This document shows, piece by piece, positions 63,137 to 64,000 of a stretch of 64,000 bases of DNA. The notes under the pieces are model-generated. The model was given only the letters and a program-made list of their open reading frames with translations. It did no database searches and was not told where the DNA came from. The position numbers were made by a program, and so were the translations under genes. The stretch spans positions 97,526,001-97,590,000 of the forward strand of contig OZ024746.1 of NCBI GenBank assembly GCA_964016885.1, written 5' to 3'. How positions within the stretch are numbered: position 1 is the first letter of the stretch; each line of letters begins with the position of its first letter. This DNA is from Eledone cirrhosa. Its lineage: Eukaryota.

Positions 63137-64000
63137 ACATTTTAGACAAAGATAAACGATAAGAAAATTATGGAAATTATCAATAAAAGTACCACCACAA
63201 ACATTTATGTTTCAAATCCAGCAAACATAAACAGTAAACAAGGAAAGGGCAAGGGATCTAGTGTCACAGAAGAATGGGGAGGGGTGGGGGAGATTGGGCT
63301 ATGGGCCTAGGGTGCAGTAGTAATGGGGCTGTGCACTGTGGACTGGACCTGAAAAGCATTCTCGTGGGCAAATGGCTAGCGACACCCACTATATCCGCCC
63401 CCCCCCCCCACACACACACACACCTCTCATATGTATATAAGCATATATAAGTGTTTCTTTAAACATTACATTGTACTGTATAAACACTGAAAACTGGAAA
63501 CAATAGCTATATTGTTCATATCCTAATTGCATTAGAGAAGGTAAATTATTGACAGTGAAATCACTGGCTTGTTAAATTGAATACTTTTTTCAATAATCAG
63601 CTTACTTGTAAAAAGAAGGAAGTTAAAACAGTCTGACAACCAATCATTACACACAGTTTCAAGAACAACATTTATTTATTTAAAACAATGTTGTCTCTGA
63701 TCAAGACGAAGCGAGAGTGTATTTGAATACATATAAAAATCAAAAAACTCATTGCTAGAACAGCTGTTAAAACAGCTAAATGCTGTCAAATACAGTGATG
63801 GGCAAAAATGTCTCAAAGGATAGAAACCAGCGGCCTTATTTATTTCATAAAAAAAGATGTATTAAATTACACTGTCTATGATTTTAAAACAATATTTGAA
63901 AATAATCAAGAATTTACTCTAGCAGCAACCTGATAAAATCATCATTATACCTAGGCTCCATTGCCTGAAAGACTGATGATAGCAAGCTGATGAAACCATA

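Overview
AT-rich, repeat-saturated eukaryotic DNA. The repeat repertoire (RTE LINEs with (GAT)n tails, tRNA-headed SINEs, long (AT)n tracts) looks like an octopus/cephalopod genome, which is an inference. I found no intact host protein-coding gene: every long ORF is a transposon remnant or a microsatellite artefact. Contents: many RTE-clade LINE copies (longest 17050-18835 and 56390-58580, both 5'-truncated and disabled); CRE-, R4/Dong-, CR1- and Ingi/Vingi-like LINE fragments; a full-length but frameshifted Charlie/Buster/SPIN-type hAT transposon with TIRs and an 8-bp TSD (52046-54413); hAT and TTAA MITEs; Helitron-like ends; two abundant SINE families; and about ten minisatellite arrays, several visibly amplified from pieces of LINEs. 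Most notable observations: (i) minimal type I hammerhead ribozyme motifs inside Penelope-like inverted repeats, including one on each arm/strand at 58593-58890; (ii) a strong AG|GTAAG zero-length-exon (recursive splice) motif on the minus strand at 29764; (iii) RTE-like elements ending in 2-3 tandem C2H2 zinc fingers; (iv) a SINE carrying two alternative LINE-derived 3' ends; (v) a tRNA-Gly/RTE-tail chimera; (vi) a twin-priming-like inverted RTE insertion. Family names come from motif recognition by eye; no database searches were run, and most element boundaries are approximate.
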